Part shown: in pieces, positions 13,410-26,700 of the stretch
Position numbering within the stretch: position 1 is the first letter of the stretch
How the letters are laid out: every line of letters begins with the position of its first letter
DNA from: Ophelia neglecta
Taxonomy: Eukaryota
Reading direction: 5' to 3'
DNA: 64,000 nt
Assembly (NCBI GenBank): GCA_965285935.1
Contig: OZ260666.1
Span: forward strand, 4,898,001 to 4,962,000
Made by a program: the position numbers and the translations under genes
The notes under the pieces: generated by a model
The model's input: only the letters and a program-made list of their open reading frames with translations
The model's database searches: none
What the model was told of the DNA's origin: nothing

Positions 13410-13900
13410 TTAAAATTATGACAGTGACTATAATTCCCCACTCTTTGATGCAGATCTGGATATTAAATATTTGAATGAACACCATAACTGGTGTTTAAGT
13501 GATAATTTCCTGGAAGACAATTTTAACAAGCAATTGTCTGTTCTCTCCTTAATTCTGAATAGTGTTTTCAATTATCATAATATTGTTGGTTATTACCGTT
13601 AGCATAGGTGTAAAGAGTTTAAAGTTGGTGGCGTTGTCTCTTTATACAATCGGCAATCCATTGTTTATTAAAACCGTGTGGAAAGAATTTTTATCAAGGT
13701 ACATAAACAGGCTTCTTAGTATGTTAGAAATATTATTGTTATGGTGGTTTACAGACGCCCTAAGACTGATCTGGACTTGCTGAATAATTTTAATACGATA
13801 CGACACGAGAATAAACTCACCTTTATAACAGGTGTTTTAAAATGTTAATCTTCTCAATGCTGATATTCATATCCCCATATCCACAGCTAGTAATTAAACC
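13410..13900 (+). mobile_element. Degenerate CR1/L2-group LINE endonuclease fragment
   Basis: Frame from 13441 reads FDADLDIKYLN..SDNFLEDNFNK..HNIVGYY*HRCKEFKVGGV..IIVMVVYRRPKTDL..HENKLTFITG (degenerate VYRPP..GDFN); contains stops. Confidence 0.65.
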
Positions 13901-15746
13901 TACAAGGGTGACAGAAAAGTCGGCCACTCTTATAGATAATATATTCAGTAACAACTTTTCTAATATACCAACAAGTTTATTTCAAGGTATCTAACCTACT
14001 CACGGACATGTCTGATCATTTTCGATCTTTCGTGTCGATACAATCAGGAATTTCTCAGATAATCAGTCCTCTTTCAATAGAAGGCAGTATAACAAGATAA
14101 CATAGCCAAGTTTAAGATATCACAATCTACGAATTTGGATTCGATTTGAGAGCACTATTGTCAGTCTACATTTCCTTTGTTTCATGATAACAGGTTGCTA
14201 TGATGATTGTTTTCCACTTAAAAAAAAATAATATTATACAGCACATTAGTGAGTCCTGGTTGACTGAGGGCCTGAAAACCTAAATTACATGTACACAATT
14301 TCTGTATTAATCCGTAAGGCCAATTCGGTATGCTGTATAACCATGTTCGAAAAAATATTGAGCCCCCACTTCAACCTACTGGGCCCATTCCTTGGGTCAA
14401 AACAACTTGTACCCTGCCCAAGTTGGAACCAATATTAAAGTCATTATGAAAGGATGGAGGCAAAGCAACTTCCCAACTGGAACTTTCTACCACTTGCTTG
14501 CATCAGCCTATATAAATGATTCTCTACTATTATTTTGCATTACTATTATAAATGATAATCACAATTTGCGAGCCAAACCCCGCCCGTCATTTCCCATAAA
14601 TGGAGCGATTTTTCTACCAATGCACCCAATATACTTAAAAGTGATAATATACGCGATATACGTTTCAGAGAGAGTTTATTTGCATACAATTACAAGCAGT
14701 TTTCAATGATCACAATTTAATAATTACACCCCCACCCCCGGCCCTTCATTTTCCATAATTAGAGCGATATGGTTTAGCCAGCTGAAGGCCAAGATAACCT
14801 TCAGGCTTTGATGAATGCGCTTAAACAGTAATACACAAACACACACATGTTGGTGTTTGTAAGTGAGTCAAGAGGCATCCCTTTATAGTGTGTTGCTCTA
14901 TATTCATTGTAAATGTACACACGTGAGAGACTTGCATAAGTATTCTTTCCTTCACTATGTTTGAGAGTAGTATTGCTTCCCAAGTATAATATAAATTAAA
15001 TACCGAATTTGGTATAAACCGGAAACTGTTATGTTGAAGCATTATGAATTTCCAATTCAACAAAATGCAGTAAAACGCCATCACTGTATTCTCGAGAATC
15101 CCCAATTGCCTCTTTTCCATATTGATATACAAAGTACCTAATATCGCCATAGTGCTACAAATCAGGCTCATATTATGAAGTTTTAAACAATTACTATTTC
15201 ATGGAGGTAGAAAACTACACCCACTTTGGGGTTCGGGTTAGAACATTATAATATATAAAGTTTAGTTAAAATGTTATCTTATTGCATGCAGGAAAAATAA
15301 CGAACTTTTTTTTATTTATAATCCTTTGCCAAAATATATTGCTAAATCCTAGCCTCGATTCTAAATGCGTAGTTTAGGTCCTGGATTTGAGAAGTTTAAT
15401 CTTAACCCGTGTCCAACTGATGTCACCATTTCAATTTAATGGTATTCCACCAACGGTTCTCAGGCATCCACGATTCTACTCCCCATTCAATAACACTTCG
15501 AACTGCAATTCGAATATCTTCGAATCACACTGTTAAATGGCCATACCTACGTCAATTTTTACTAAAAACTCAAATATCAGTCATTATTCAAAAAAAAATT
15601 CAATTAAGAATAACACAATGTATCCTAATTCATAGCCTTATTTTAAATAATGCGTAAGTAAAAGATTGGACACCGTCCTATTTACAATATTATCCCTTTT
15701 AGTCGCCTGTATTTACCATTTTCCAATTACATTTACATTTTTTAAT

Positions 15747-18700
15747 TCAATTTCGCAGTCCCTTGAGGACTTCCTTGGTTCCAAAGCGTCTCTTGCTCAC
15801 GTTCGGCATGGGGTCAAGAATGGGTCCGACGGGCCTGGCAGCAACAGACGCCAACACTGGAAATAATAAGTTACCATTGTAAACAATTCCTTTCCACGTC
15901 AACAAAATAAACATGAAAACAGAAACAAACAAGAAAATTACAACACACTTAACTGACTGGAGCATCGAATGACAATATTAACCTGACATGGATTATCTCT
16001 GTTCCTGATTTCAAATGTGATACAACGAATGAAACGATTAATCCGTTCTCTTTGATTTAATATGAAGCGATTATTTTTATCAACATAAACCTGTGTATCA
16101 ATTTCCTCCTACAGTCCGTCTGAGACTTTAATGTGTAGTTATAGCACATCGCGTGTGCAACGACTGTCAGTTTCAGATATATAATACCTTCCGTGTTCGT
16201 TTGCCGCCCATCTGAGACCTACAACTGTATTTATAACACAATCCGTGTTTACCTACCTTCCGTCTGAGACTTATAAGTGTAGTTATAGCACATCAAGTGT
16301 TTACTTACCATCAGTCTGAGGCTGATAAAGGCAGTTGTAAAACAGTTCGTGGTCTGCTTCATTGCTGTCGTCACGGAACAGAAACTCGTCCATGGCGTAA
16401 GTTTGGGTGTATTGATTGTCGGATTGAATTCCAACTTCAACTAAAGACGTGAGAAAAATAATACTTTTGATAAAATTTATCTGTATCTGCCACCCCCCCC
16501 CCCTTCCAACTGCCCTTTCATTGCCAACTGGCGTTTTCATCATTTATATGAATCAATATGAAAATGTTGGCGTTCTTGCACGAACTATGGTAATAGTAAT
16601 GGTTTTTCAATATCAATATTGTAATCATAGTTAGTACTTCTGTCCTTAACTGTAAAGCAGTACTACCCTCTTGCCATATTTACCCGTNNNNNNNNNNNNN
16701 NNNNNNNNNNNNNNNNNNNNNNNNNNNNNNNNNNNNNNNNNNNNNNNNNNNNNNNNNNNNNNNNNNNNNNNNNNNNNNNNNNNNNNNNNNNNNNNNNNNN
16801 NNNNNNNNNNNNNNNNCTAGTACATAATTTTAATACTGATTGTCATCACGGGTAAATATGGCAAGAGGGTAGTACTGCTTTACAGTTAAGGACAGAAGTA
16901 TGTATATTTTATGATTAAATACTTGTTGCTTTCCGATAAATTTGTTTTTTCTCTCCAGAATTAACAGTTGTTGTCATTACTCTTACCGGCAGTGGATGGT
17001 GGTAATTCCAGTAAGGGAGGCTGGATATCTTCATAGTCGTGAAGGCCGAAGTTTGTATCCTGCTGAGGGTTGTCTGTGACATCGACTACTTCAAAAGAAG
17101 AGGTTATAGATAACTGTGTATTTCTGCATTAAAGCTATCCATGGCACCCTGAACTCATATCGTCTTTTCTATATTCAAATGTTTAACAGTATCCCAGTTT
17201 ATAAAACAGTGGAATAAATAACTTGTAGCCTTCTTGAAAAAAAATGTGTATAATTCTGGAAACAATTTGCTTATATTGATAGGTTGAACAGGGCTTCAGC
17301 GCACATTGTCCTAAACTAGTTCCGATCAGCTTCGTCTTGACATGCTTATTGTAATAAGAACACGTTTATGACATTTAAATGTAGTGTGTTCTGGGAGTTT
17401 CTTCGTTGTCAGGTTAAATGCAAAAAAAAAAGAATTAAATCTTATCAACGAGCTTCCACACATTTCTTGTTGGAGATGGGGGATCTGAGGGGGGGTGGTG
17501 GTTGGATGGGCTGGAGGATGAACTAAAGTGCAGTGAGCACGCTCTGATATATATATACAGACATACATATAGAAGTTTAAAATATGACTTTATCACCTGG
17601 TTGTGGTTCCAGGTATCCATCTTCGTCATAACGACCTTCTACGTCAGGTGCCACATTTGGAGTGGCTCCGATGACGGGCTGCTTTCTTCCATCTGGTGAT
17701 ATCAAAAAGATCGAGGTTCAATCATTATGCAATGACCGAGGGCAACTGTTCCGACTAACATGATAAGCCCATCGTAGACACTTCAAGACATAGTACAACT
17801 TTTTACAGCGTTGACTCGGTGGATTTGGCGTCTGACCTCCGACATTGGAAACTGTTGACCACTTCTCATTGCAAGTGATATACATCTTGTATGTTTACAC
17901 CATTCATTCCTGGTAATGATGCATTTATACCGTGTTAAATGATTATTCTTCGCGTCGATATTAGCCAAATTTACTCAGTACTGAAAACAAATTATACCTT
18001 TATGCATTTATAATTTTAGGAATATAATTCCTAATATATAATTATTGTTTGAAGAGCATGATTTTGTAATTCCTATGGTCCGCCCATCATTGACGATTTA
18101 AATTAATGTGTTATACATAGTATCTAAACAATATTTAAAAGTCAGTGTATAACACGACTTTGGTTTATAGCAATGTCCAAAAAGGGGCTGCATAACAGAC
18201 AAGGCAAAGCTATTGGAGACTACCCCATAACACCCGTCTGGAACTTCAGGAATCATTTGCTGGAGGCCCACAGACAATAATCCCCAGCCCACTTACTGGA
18301 AATAGGGTAGAAGTGAATTTGTTCATTACTCAAGCAATATTTGGTGATGCTGACAAAGAGATGCAAGCAACAGTTTCGATGATGCTAGTTGGAGTAAAAA
18401 TCAAACGAGTCAGTGCTTAACGCATGTCAGAGATATAATATGCCATAAGAGTGTTTATGATATATTAAGGCCAAGTGCTACAGTTGGCACAATTTGGCCG
18501 TAGTTACTACTGTGTTTAAGCATTTGGAAATTTGAATTGCTTATATATTTATCAATATGGAAGTAGTGTAAATGATGATGGGCCCATGAGGTTTTTAAAG
18601 GTAAGGGTTCTAAAAATAAAATGATGATCATATGTCAGATGTCTAGGTGTTCAATTCCCCATTTGTATTTTTTTTTAATTTTTCGCATATTCGAATAATA

Positions 18701-21700
18701 TACTTACGCCAACAGCAGAACAATGGGACCACCAAAACACAGATTGCTAGGAGACTTATTCCCGCGATTGCCAACATGTACACTAAAGTCAATGGATGTC
18801 CTGGTAGTCTGTAAACATTTTCTAAAGGAAGAACATATATATATATTCATTTATTTGTATACATACCACAGCTGTTACCGCTATCGACGAAATGAAGTAT
18901 AGTGTTTATATAGAGAAGCACGGCGCTGAAAAATAAAAATATTTAAATGTAAAAGTCGGTCAGGGGAAATTTATAAACTCGCCAAAGATTTAATTAAGCT
19001 CAATTTGCCGTATGCGGTTAACTCAATCCGTGCCGTAATGCTAATTCGTCCTGTACATGCAATCTGAGAGAAGTAAATACTAAACGTTTTGAGCCATTTT
19101 GGTCATGTAGAGAGGCCAGATTGCAGAATGGAGGTGGATAAACAATTTTCATTGCCACCCCTACAGTCAGAAAAAGCTTTTGGCCGACAACGCAAAAGAA
19201 AAGCATACTCTTTTTTTAATGTCAGCGGATAAACTTAAATGGGAGAACAATGAAACCCATTTCATGAATACACACTTTCTATAATGCGGCTTCGCTTGCT
19301 TGGTTATTTCAGGGCAAACCTCTTTGGTGTGAGTGAGTGATATCACTGTTTTCATCACTAGTCAGAGTCCCGAAAAATAATCAACAATCATTCGGAAAAC
19401 AAATCTTCGGACTAGGGCAGTCATTGAAAGTATTGAATGTGTTACTTAAAAAAACCAAGAAAACTTCTTCACATCAATCAAGAAAAACACTGAAGGCCAG
19501 TCATAAACAATGGGTATAGTAACTGTGTTTCCAGTCTTTGGGGTATAAATACTTTTGACAGTAAATCCAACAGCGCTACTGGATAAGCTACAGGCTGGCG
19601 ATTAAGACATGGCAGAGAGGGGTTTTACAATTAAAGAATTTTGTTTAGCTCTAGCTGCGCATACTACCAGGAAATTTACTTGAGGAAACAGTGAAAAAGC
19701 CTGAGTCAAAAGGAAATACAGAAGATGCGTAGCACAGCACGTTCTCGGATTCAAGTTGTGAGGGCTATTGAACATGTAAACAATTTCAGAACTCTCTCAA
19801 GCATAATACCGTAAAAATTGGTGCAGCAAGTATATTCAATGCTGCAAGTAACTCCTGCTTTGTGTTATTTCAATTAGTTTCATGTGAGGAGCTTCGCATA
19901 TAGTGCAAATATGATTATCTTGACATCTAAAGACCTGTGTGTGTTTACTGTGAAAGCCGTTTGCTTTCGTTCGGAGATCCACATGTGTCAAATTAAAAAT
20001 AACCAAATTAGATATTGCGGCACAGGGTTTTCCATTAAAAACAATTCGGTGGGGTTCGGGGTTGGGTTTGGGGTGGAATTATCTTTTTATTCGGACCCCT
20101 GTTGGACTATTTAGCCATATTTTGAGTCTGGAAAAAAGGAAGCACAAGAAGGAACTAATTCGCAGTCATATATGTATATCCTAAAAGGCGGAATTATTTT
20201 GCATAGCTAATTGTTGGGGTTGAAAAGCTTTATCTGGATATATGTCAATACGGTTCCTTAATTAATTTGCAATAAAGACTGTATGGCCATTTCCTACATT
20301 TCGTTATTGTATTAGTGAGTGATTCCTTAATTTAATTGAATGAATCTTTCCTTTATTAGTTACCATTTTTGGAGCAATAAACATCATAATAACAAACCAA
20401 CAAGAATAATACAACGGTACCTATCGACACATGTGCCCTGTCATAATGTACGCAAATATAATCTACAAACAGTGCTGGGTGCAATTACTAAAATTAAGAG
20501 GAGGAAACAAACTTCATTTTAAGTTATCAATATTCTGAAGGAGTTATTATATATTCTATAAGATGGTTTTGATAGGTGGCAATACCTATAATAAGCTGCG
20601 TTTAATCACAATATGAATTCCATTAATTTGCTTCGCATATTTTCTATACAAAAGCTCCATTTATCTAACCAGTCAGATCACAGAGTGATATCATGTTTCA
20701 CCTCCTATTTTTTTCATACTTAAAAACAAATCTCCTTTGGGAGCCGTATATTGATTTATTTGTGTGTGAGGGGCAAATTTAATGGAATATATTTGACTAA
20801 TTATTAGGTTTTGTCTGCCGTGTATCAACTCCCATTTATTCTTGATATCATATTAGTTTTAGAAGTTTATTCTTGTTAGCATTTTAATAGCATTTGACAC
20901 TTAAAATGAGAAAAAAAACACCTATTTATTACTTCAGTGGTAAATATTGGGAATGCATGCCGTCGGTATACTCTCATGGATGTCACTCTACCTATCGCTA
21001 CTACTCAAGAAAAACGTTCACAAATGAACCATGGCCACCTAAGTAGTTTTACCACTCCTGTTTCTGGCAAGTATGAGTTCTATGATATGACTTTCAATCC
21101 TAGGCATTCCAGGGAATGTCTACATTGTCTACCTCCCCAGGCACAGACTGAGCTCTAGGATACAGATAGACCGTCTCAATATGCTGTGCCGCTACTACGA
21201 TAGGCTTTTAAACAGGTGGTGCAACAGGCGAATAATAAGGAATTAGGGGTGCACTTTCCCTCTCTAGAATTTTCTGTGTAGCTTGTGGAACAATACACGT
21301 TATGTTTTTATTTCTCGCCCAAGACAGTATATCGTTAAGAATTTTTTTACATTACATTGTTTTGTATTGTGAAAAACAATAAGCCAGAATTTCTACCAGC
21401 ATGTTGACTACTGTAACCTGGTAACATGATTTGTGCTTGGTCGCGTTACGAATCCTTGCTATGGCCGGACACATGACACAGAAATATTGGCAGAAAGGTT
21501 TTATAGCAGTGTGTTTAAAGGATTGCTAAATTAACTGAAAAAATTTCCGTTATAAATATGTATCACTCTTTGGAAACGTAGTCTGGTCAACAACAGCATG
21601 TCTAGTCATTAGGAATGAATTTATTCGATATTTAGTTGTTTACTATTTGATCGATATTGTAATGATGCGAAATGGTATCCTCGAATCGGTGATTCGGGAC

Positions 21701-23798
21701 TGGAACAGGGAAATGTGACCTTTATTCTGTCTCAAGCCACATACTGTCTTAATAATTTATGTTTTAGCGCAAACCAGTAGGATATGCTGGTAATCTGTAG
21801 TCCTTTCGTTTGGTGTCGCGCTTTCGGGGGGTGGACGGGCTGCTTGATTTAACACAAACCATCCGCGCTATATGACGGGGAAGTAGGATTTACTTTTAAT
21901 ATGTAAAACATGGCAGATGTCCATCGAATATTCGGCTTATGATGTTAATGCCTTAACATTCGAAGGAATTGAAATTTCACAGCACTGGCAGCCCGAATCT
22001 AAATTATTTAACGTTGTTACTACAAATTATTACAGTAAAATTAAAAACCATTGATGAACTCACTTGATTCAGACTCAATCGCAGACCCTTCCTCGCTTCC
22101 TCTACAGGAGACGTCAGAGAACGGATCTAAGTCGGCGTTTATGGATAAGTTAGAGCTATAGGTGGCGTTCCCGATGGCGTTGTCGTCTTGTAGCCAGATG
22201 TAGGTCATCGGGGGACGGGCATCTTCTGGCAGAGAGGTGGAGTTGACGTCACATGTAAAGTAGCGGCCTTTTCTACCGATTGTAGCTGGAGACGGAGTTC
22301 CTAAGAAATGCAAATTTCAGATTAAAAGGCTCGAAAGTACCTTGCCAGATTTTTTGTTGTTACTAGATATGACAAAGCATTTCCCTTCCGATTATACACC
22401 TTTTTATTTGATTGCATTTGGCCATCCGTACGCCAGTTACTATATGAATCAAACTAACTTCAGGCTTCAGCCTGCAATTTGTATCAATACTTTATTTATT
22501 AATGAAAATTCCGTTGGGTTTCGTGTCCTGCCACAATTAAAATATCTATCGAGAATACACTATTTTTATAAAACAGAGGAATTAATTAATTGTAGCCTTC
22601 TTGAAAAAAAAATATATATAATCGTGGAAACAACCTGCTTATATTGATAGGATACCCTCGACATAGATGCTTCACTGCTGGTGTTGTATAATAGGCTTTT
22701 GTTAGGCATAACGGAACTTACTGCCATTAGTTGCAATGGTAACCAGCTTAAACCAAATCTCAAGGGGACGGTCCACATTGGGTAATATAAATAAACAATA
22801 GCTGGCCGTATTAAAAATGGAATATGTGACAGCTTCCTTGTTAAAAGAAAACTCGGGTTAATACTTAACAAAAACAACTAACCTACCCCAAACAAATAAT
22901 GTATTTCCTGCACTGTAATCAGATTTTAGACATTTGAAGGTACCGGCGTCTTCCAAAGTGACATTCAATATGGTCACCTTGAAGGTGGAGTTAGTCACTT
23001 GACCGATAATCATTTTGCCCTGGGGATCGGCCCCGCTCGGGAGAAGAGGTTGCGAATCTATGATGTTTACTATGTTATTCAGATTCTTGTCATAGCATTT
23101 GATTATTTCTATGTCACGATCGTCTGGTAGCTCCCATCTAAGTGTGGCATTTTCTCCAGGGTACCATCTCCTTACGCTGCTAGCATTACCTGTGGGAATG
23201 ATAATATGGCGTAGTCACCACAATAAAGAAAAAGATGCCCAAGGCCATATCCAGTCAGTTCGACATAAGGTCCATTAAATTCAGCTAGTTGGTTAAAGAA
23301 ATGTTGTGTTTCACAGCTCTAATTTATACTGGTTTGTGGTTTTTGTTTAGTGCTTTGACGCGCATCATGGACAAATATTCACCGTCTCTCAATGCAAGGG
23401 ATATTAATTTAATTTTTTTTTCTTCATTAATTTGATACAACTTATTCACGGTTGGGAGCTGGCGATTGCTGTCCTTAGGCCTCCAGAGTTGTCTGACCGA
23501 TTTTATAGATTATTCAAGATTATCGATTTGAGTTTGTCTGCCGGGCGTCCACTCTCGTATTTTCATAAACCTATTTATGTCATTCTTGAGGTTTATGCGT
23601 AAATGAAGCCTTATTGTTTCACTTCAAAATGGAAAGGCGCATACTGGGTAACTTCAAATATCAGAAATATAAGCCAACTATATGAATGTTGTTTACACGT
23701 GTGCTACTATACTACGTTTAACTGATGTACATACCAGCAGAAGGCGCGGCCAGTACAGCCAACATGTGACACACACGCAATGTTTTGACGAACGACAT
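15747..23798 (-). CDS. Gene C: IgSF receptor, SP-IgV-like-IgC2/I-like-TM-tyrosine-motif tail (~385 aa)
   Basis: Exons 23798-23735 (MSFVKTLRVCHMLAVLAAPSA), 23189-22887 (ENATLRWEL..IIKCYD..LEDAGTFKC), 22300-22064 (FTCDV..YIWLQ..VSCRG), 18821-18708 (TM LVYMLAIAGISLLAICVLVVPLFCCW), 17692-17597, 17088-16987, 16440-16309, 15856-15747. All GT-AG and phase 1; 1158 nt, no internal stop. The terminal exon is the least certain. Confidence 0.8.
16635..16900. mobile_element. MITE with perfect terminal inverted repeats and TA target duplication, in a gene C intron
   Basis: 16635-16687 (TACTTCTGTCC...TTTACCCGT) is the exact reverse complement of 16848-16900; interior is an N gap. Confidence 0.8.
16688..16816. 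other. Assembly gap inside the MITE
   Basis: Run of N. Confidence 0.99.
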
Positions 23799-26700
23799 GC
23801 TCTCCCTCACCAATACGTTTTCTGTTGCCTAGTGATAACAGTAAATGCACATACATTAATTTAATATTAACATCATTTATTCAGTATTTGCATGTCATCA
23901 ATATATATCATATATCACATTCCTTTTAATTCCCTGATTATATAAATATCAATATTGATCTAAAATCCCGGAAATACGTAGGGCCACAATATAACCTTAT
24001 ATCCTTATTCATTTATCTTAGAATGTCGAATTGCGCCCATACTTATCCCATTAGTGCCCTTTTTTGTGTGTGGGTGAAGGTTGTGGTGATATATATATGG
24101 GCTTGAAAACTTAATTGCCTTGCACTTTCACGCACGAATGCTTACACCGTATGTGCGCATAGCGATGGTGAATGGCGTAGGTGCCGGAGACGGGGGAGGG
24201 GGAGGGGGGGGGGGGGTAAATGCGGATTGAAAGGGTTAAGGCTGACGTGTGTGTGATCCCGTGTTAGATCCCGCCTCCATGTTAACATACTGGTACCTGT
24301 GTTAGTTTTCGCCTCCTCGTTTATATACTAGGACATTAGTTACATCATTACTTCACGTCTCATGGCGTATTAACCGATGACATAAGCGAAGAAACAATCT
24401 ATTAGGCCTATACAACCAATATATCATGTATGTTTTATCATAGAAATTGATAAGGGAATGTGTTTGCTTTATTACCAATATAGTAAGTTAGTGCGCATAT
24501 TAAGAGAATATTATGATCACTGAATCCTTTAATAGACCCCCACCCCACCCCAATTCAAATTTTGTCGTGGATATCTTATAAACACCCTTCCTGCACAAAC
24601 CCCCTCCCCGTCCCCTGTGACATAAGGCCCCTCCTTCCCGAGGGCATGGATACTACTTTGATAGCCCACGCTCGCTGTGGGCGTGGAATCCAAATTCACC
24701 GTCTTTGAAGTAGTCCCCCCCCCTCACCTCCCCCGCTCTCTGTGCATTTTGAGAACCATCTCTCTCTCTAACATGCTTACCTCCCAACTCCCCCTCTTTT
24801 GAAACTTATACCCCCCCCCCTCCCCCCCCCCCCTAAGCATTTTGCCTGCCCCCTCTAATCTCCAATTCACATCTGCATCAGACAGTTAAATAATTATACA
24901 GCCACTCTAAACAAAGGACCCATATTTCAACGTTTATTTTGCAATTTGCTCGCCCATAGGGGTATGAAACGCATCGTTTTTAAGGAAAAAGCCAGTAAAT
25001 GTAGCCAAAATTTCATCCATAATTTCTGTTTAGTCCTTTTAGTGCTAAATCCACAGTACATGCTATGGATGCCCATTACCTGGCACACAATATCTGGTAT
25101 ACAATGGGTATCGTACGTTGCCTCCTACCTCCCCCCCCCCCTTCCCCCACGAATACATCTACATCACACTCACGCTATGTCTAAAACTACAGTAAGCCTA
25201 AAAATCCATAACATTGTAGTATTTCCTCTATCAATGACACATAAAGCGTTGAATAAGGAAATTCTGAGTCGGATCACATGACAGTAGTTTACTTTCTGGT
25301 GTATGACCTAGATTATACATGAATGCAAATTACTGCCGCGACACCAAATGCACTTGACTTATTTATATAACTTGCATACAGATTAGACTAATGGCGTATT
25401 TCGAACGAGAATATCTAAGTTGATCATTAATTGTTACTTTTTAAGTCTAACCCACTTCGTGTAGAACGCCATGACTACGTAGCTTTTTTATACTCCCGTT
25501 TTCGGAAGACCCATATTTACCAAAAAAATGTTCTTCCTCAAGAGGGTAAATGCCCAGAAAGGTCACTCACAGCATATGACGAATTGTGACACAATCAAAA
25601 TGCAAACCTAATACTTATGATTCTAGAGACTATACTCTTACTACAATCAGTTAACCTTTGAACCCAGGAATGAATATACAAGTAGAAATTTCACTTACCT
25701 TTGCATTTTGTGAACCTCTTCTAGACAACCTATCAGTACTTGATCACTTACGAAACGCTTTTGTTGCCACCCACGGTGCGTCAAAGCGGTTTGCTTCATG
25801 TATACCTATTGCGATGTCTTATCAGTAGAATGGGTAGATTTGTCATTATTACCCTGTCTGTGATGCAGAGAAAAATAGTAGTTTAAAGTCAAAGAGTAAA
25901 AGCCGGGGGCAGTAAGAAGGAACTAAACGCACATAAATGTATATAAGTTTGACACTGTCTGTATTAAACAAACGTCACGTAGAGCTATTAGTGGAGCAGA
26001 TAATTATTATAATCATTCAAATTGTGATGCAAGCATGGCATTTCCCATAACCACAGAACTATCCAGGCTCACTATTTCCCCCTAAGAAACATTTTGTGTC
26101 TGATCTTCTTGATAACGGGCAGCCAAATATAAAAAAAAACAAAAAATAAACCCCCGAGTACAATTACCGGTATGTTAAACAGTTCATGAAAGAAAAATAT
26201 TTACATATGTCTATTAAATCATTTGAGAGTAAGTTTTGTCGTCATAGAAAATGATGGATAGACAGTTCATGGCTACCGGACCCTTATTGTTGTTAATTTA
26301 GTTCTATTTTCCTTTTAATGCAGAATACTATTTTTTACATCATTTATTTGTAAAACATATTCCCCTTGTATCCAACCTTTCGATGATATATGTCAAGTGA
26401 CGTTTAGTTAGGTAGTTATACCCAGGTTACAGCCATTAGCACTTCCCCATATCAGACCAATTAACACTTGTCTGCAGTATATTATATTGTGCTGATTAAG
26501 CAATAACTAATGTGGGTGGATGAGAAAAGCCAATTCACAGAAAGTTAATCAAATGTGTTTACACACAAGATTATATATACCGTTTTGAAGGTATTGCCTG
26601 AATAATTCAATTCTGTTGTCTTTCTGCCCACGCTGTCGAAACATGAACAAAATACAGTCAACATTGGCGAAAACAATCAAATCACTCTTAACAGTGCTCA

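Noticed and set aside
12794-13900. STING or TIR-STING partner gene
   Set aside because: Translations show no STING or TIR motifs; the upper part is antisense to a LINE endonuclease fragment.
18297-18349. Extra gene C exon (AG..GTAAGT)
   Set aside because: In-frame TGA in the required phase.
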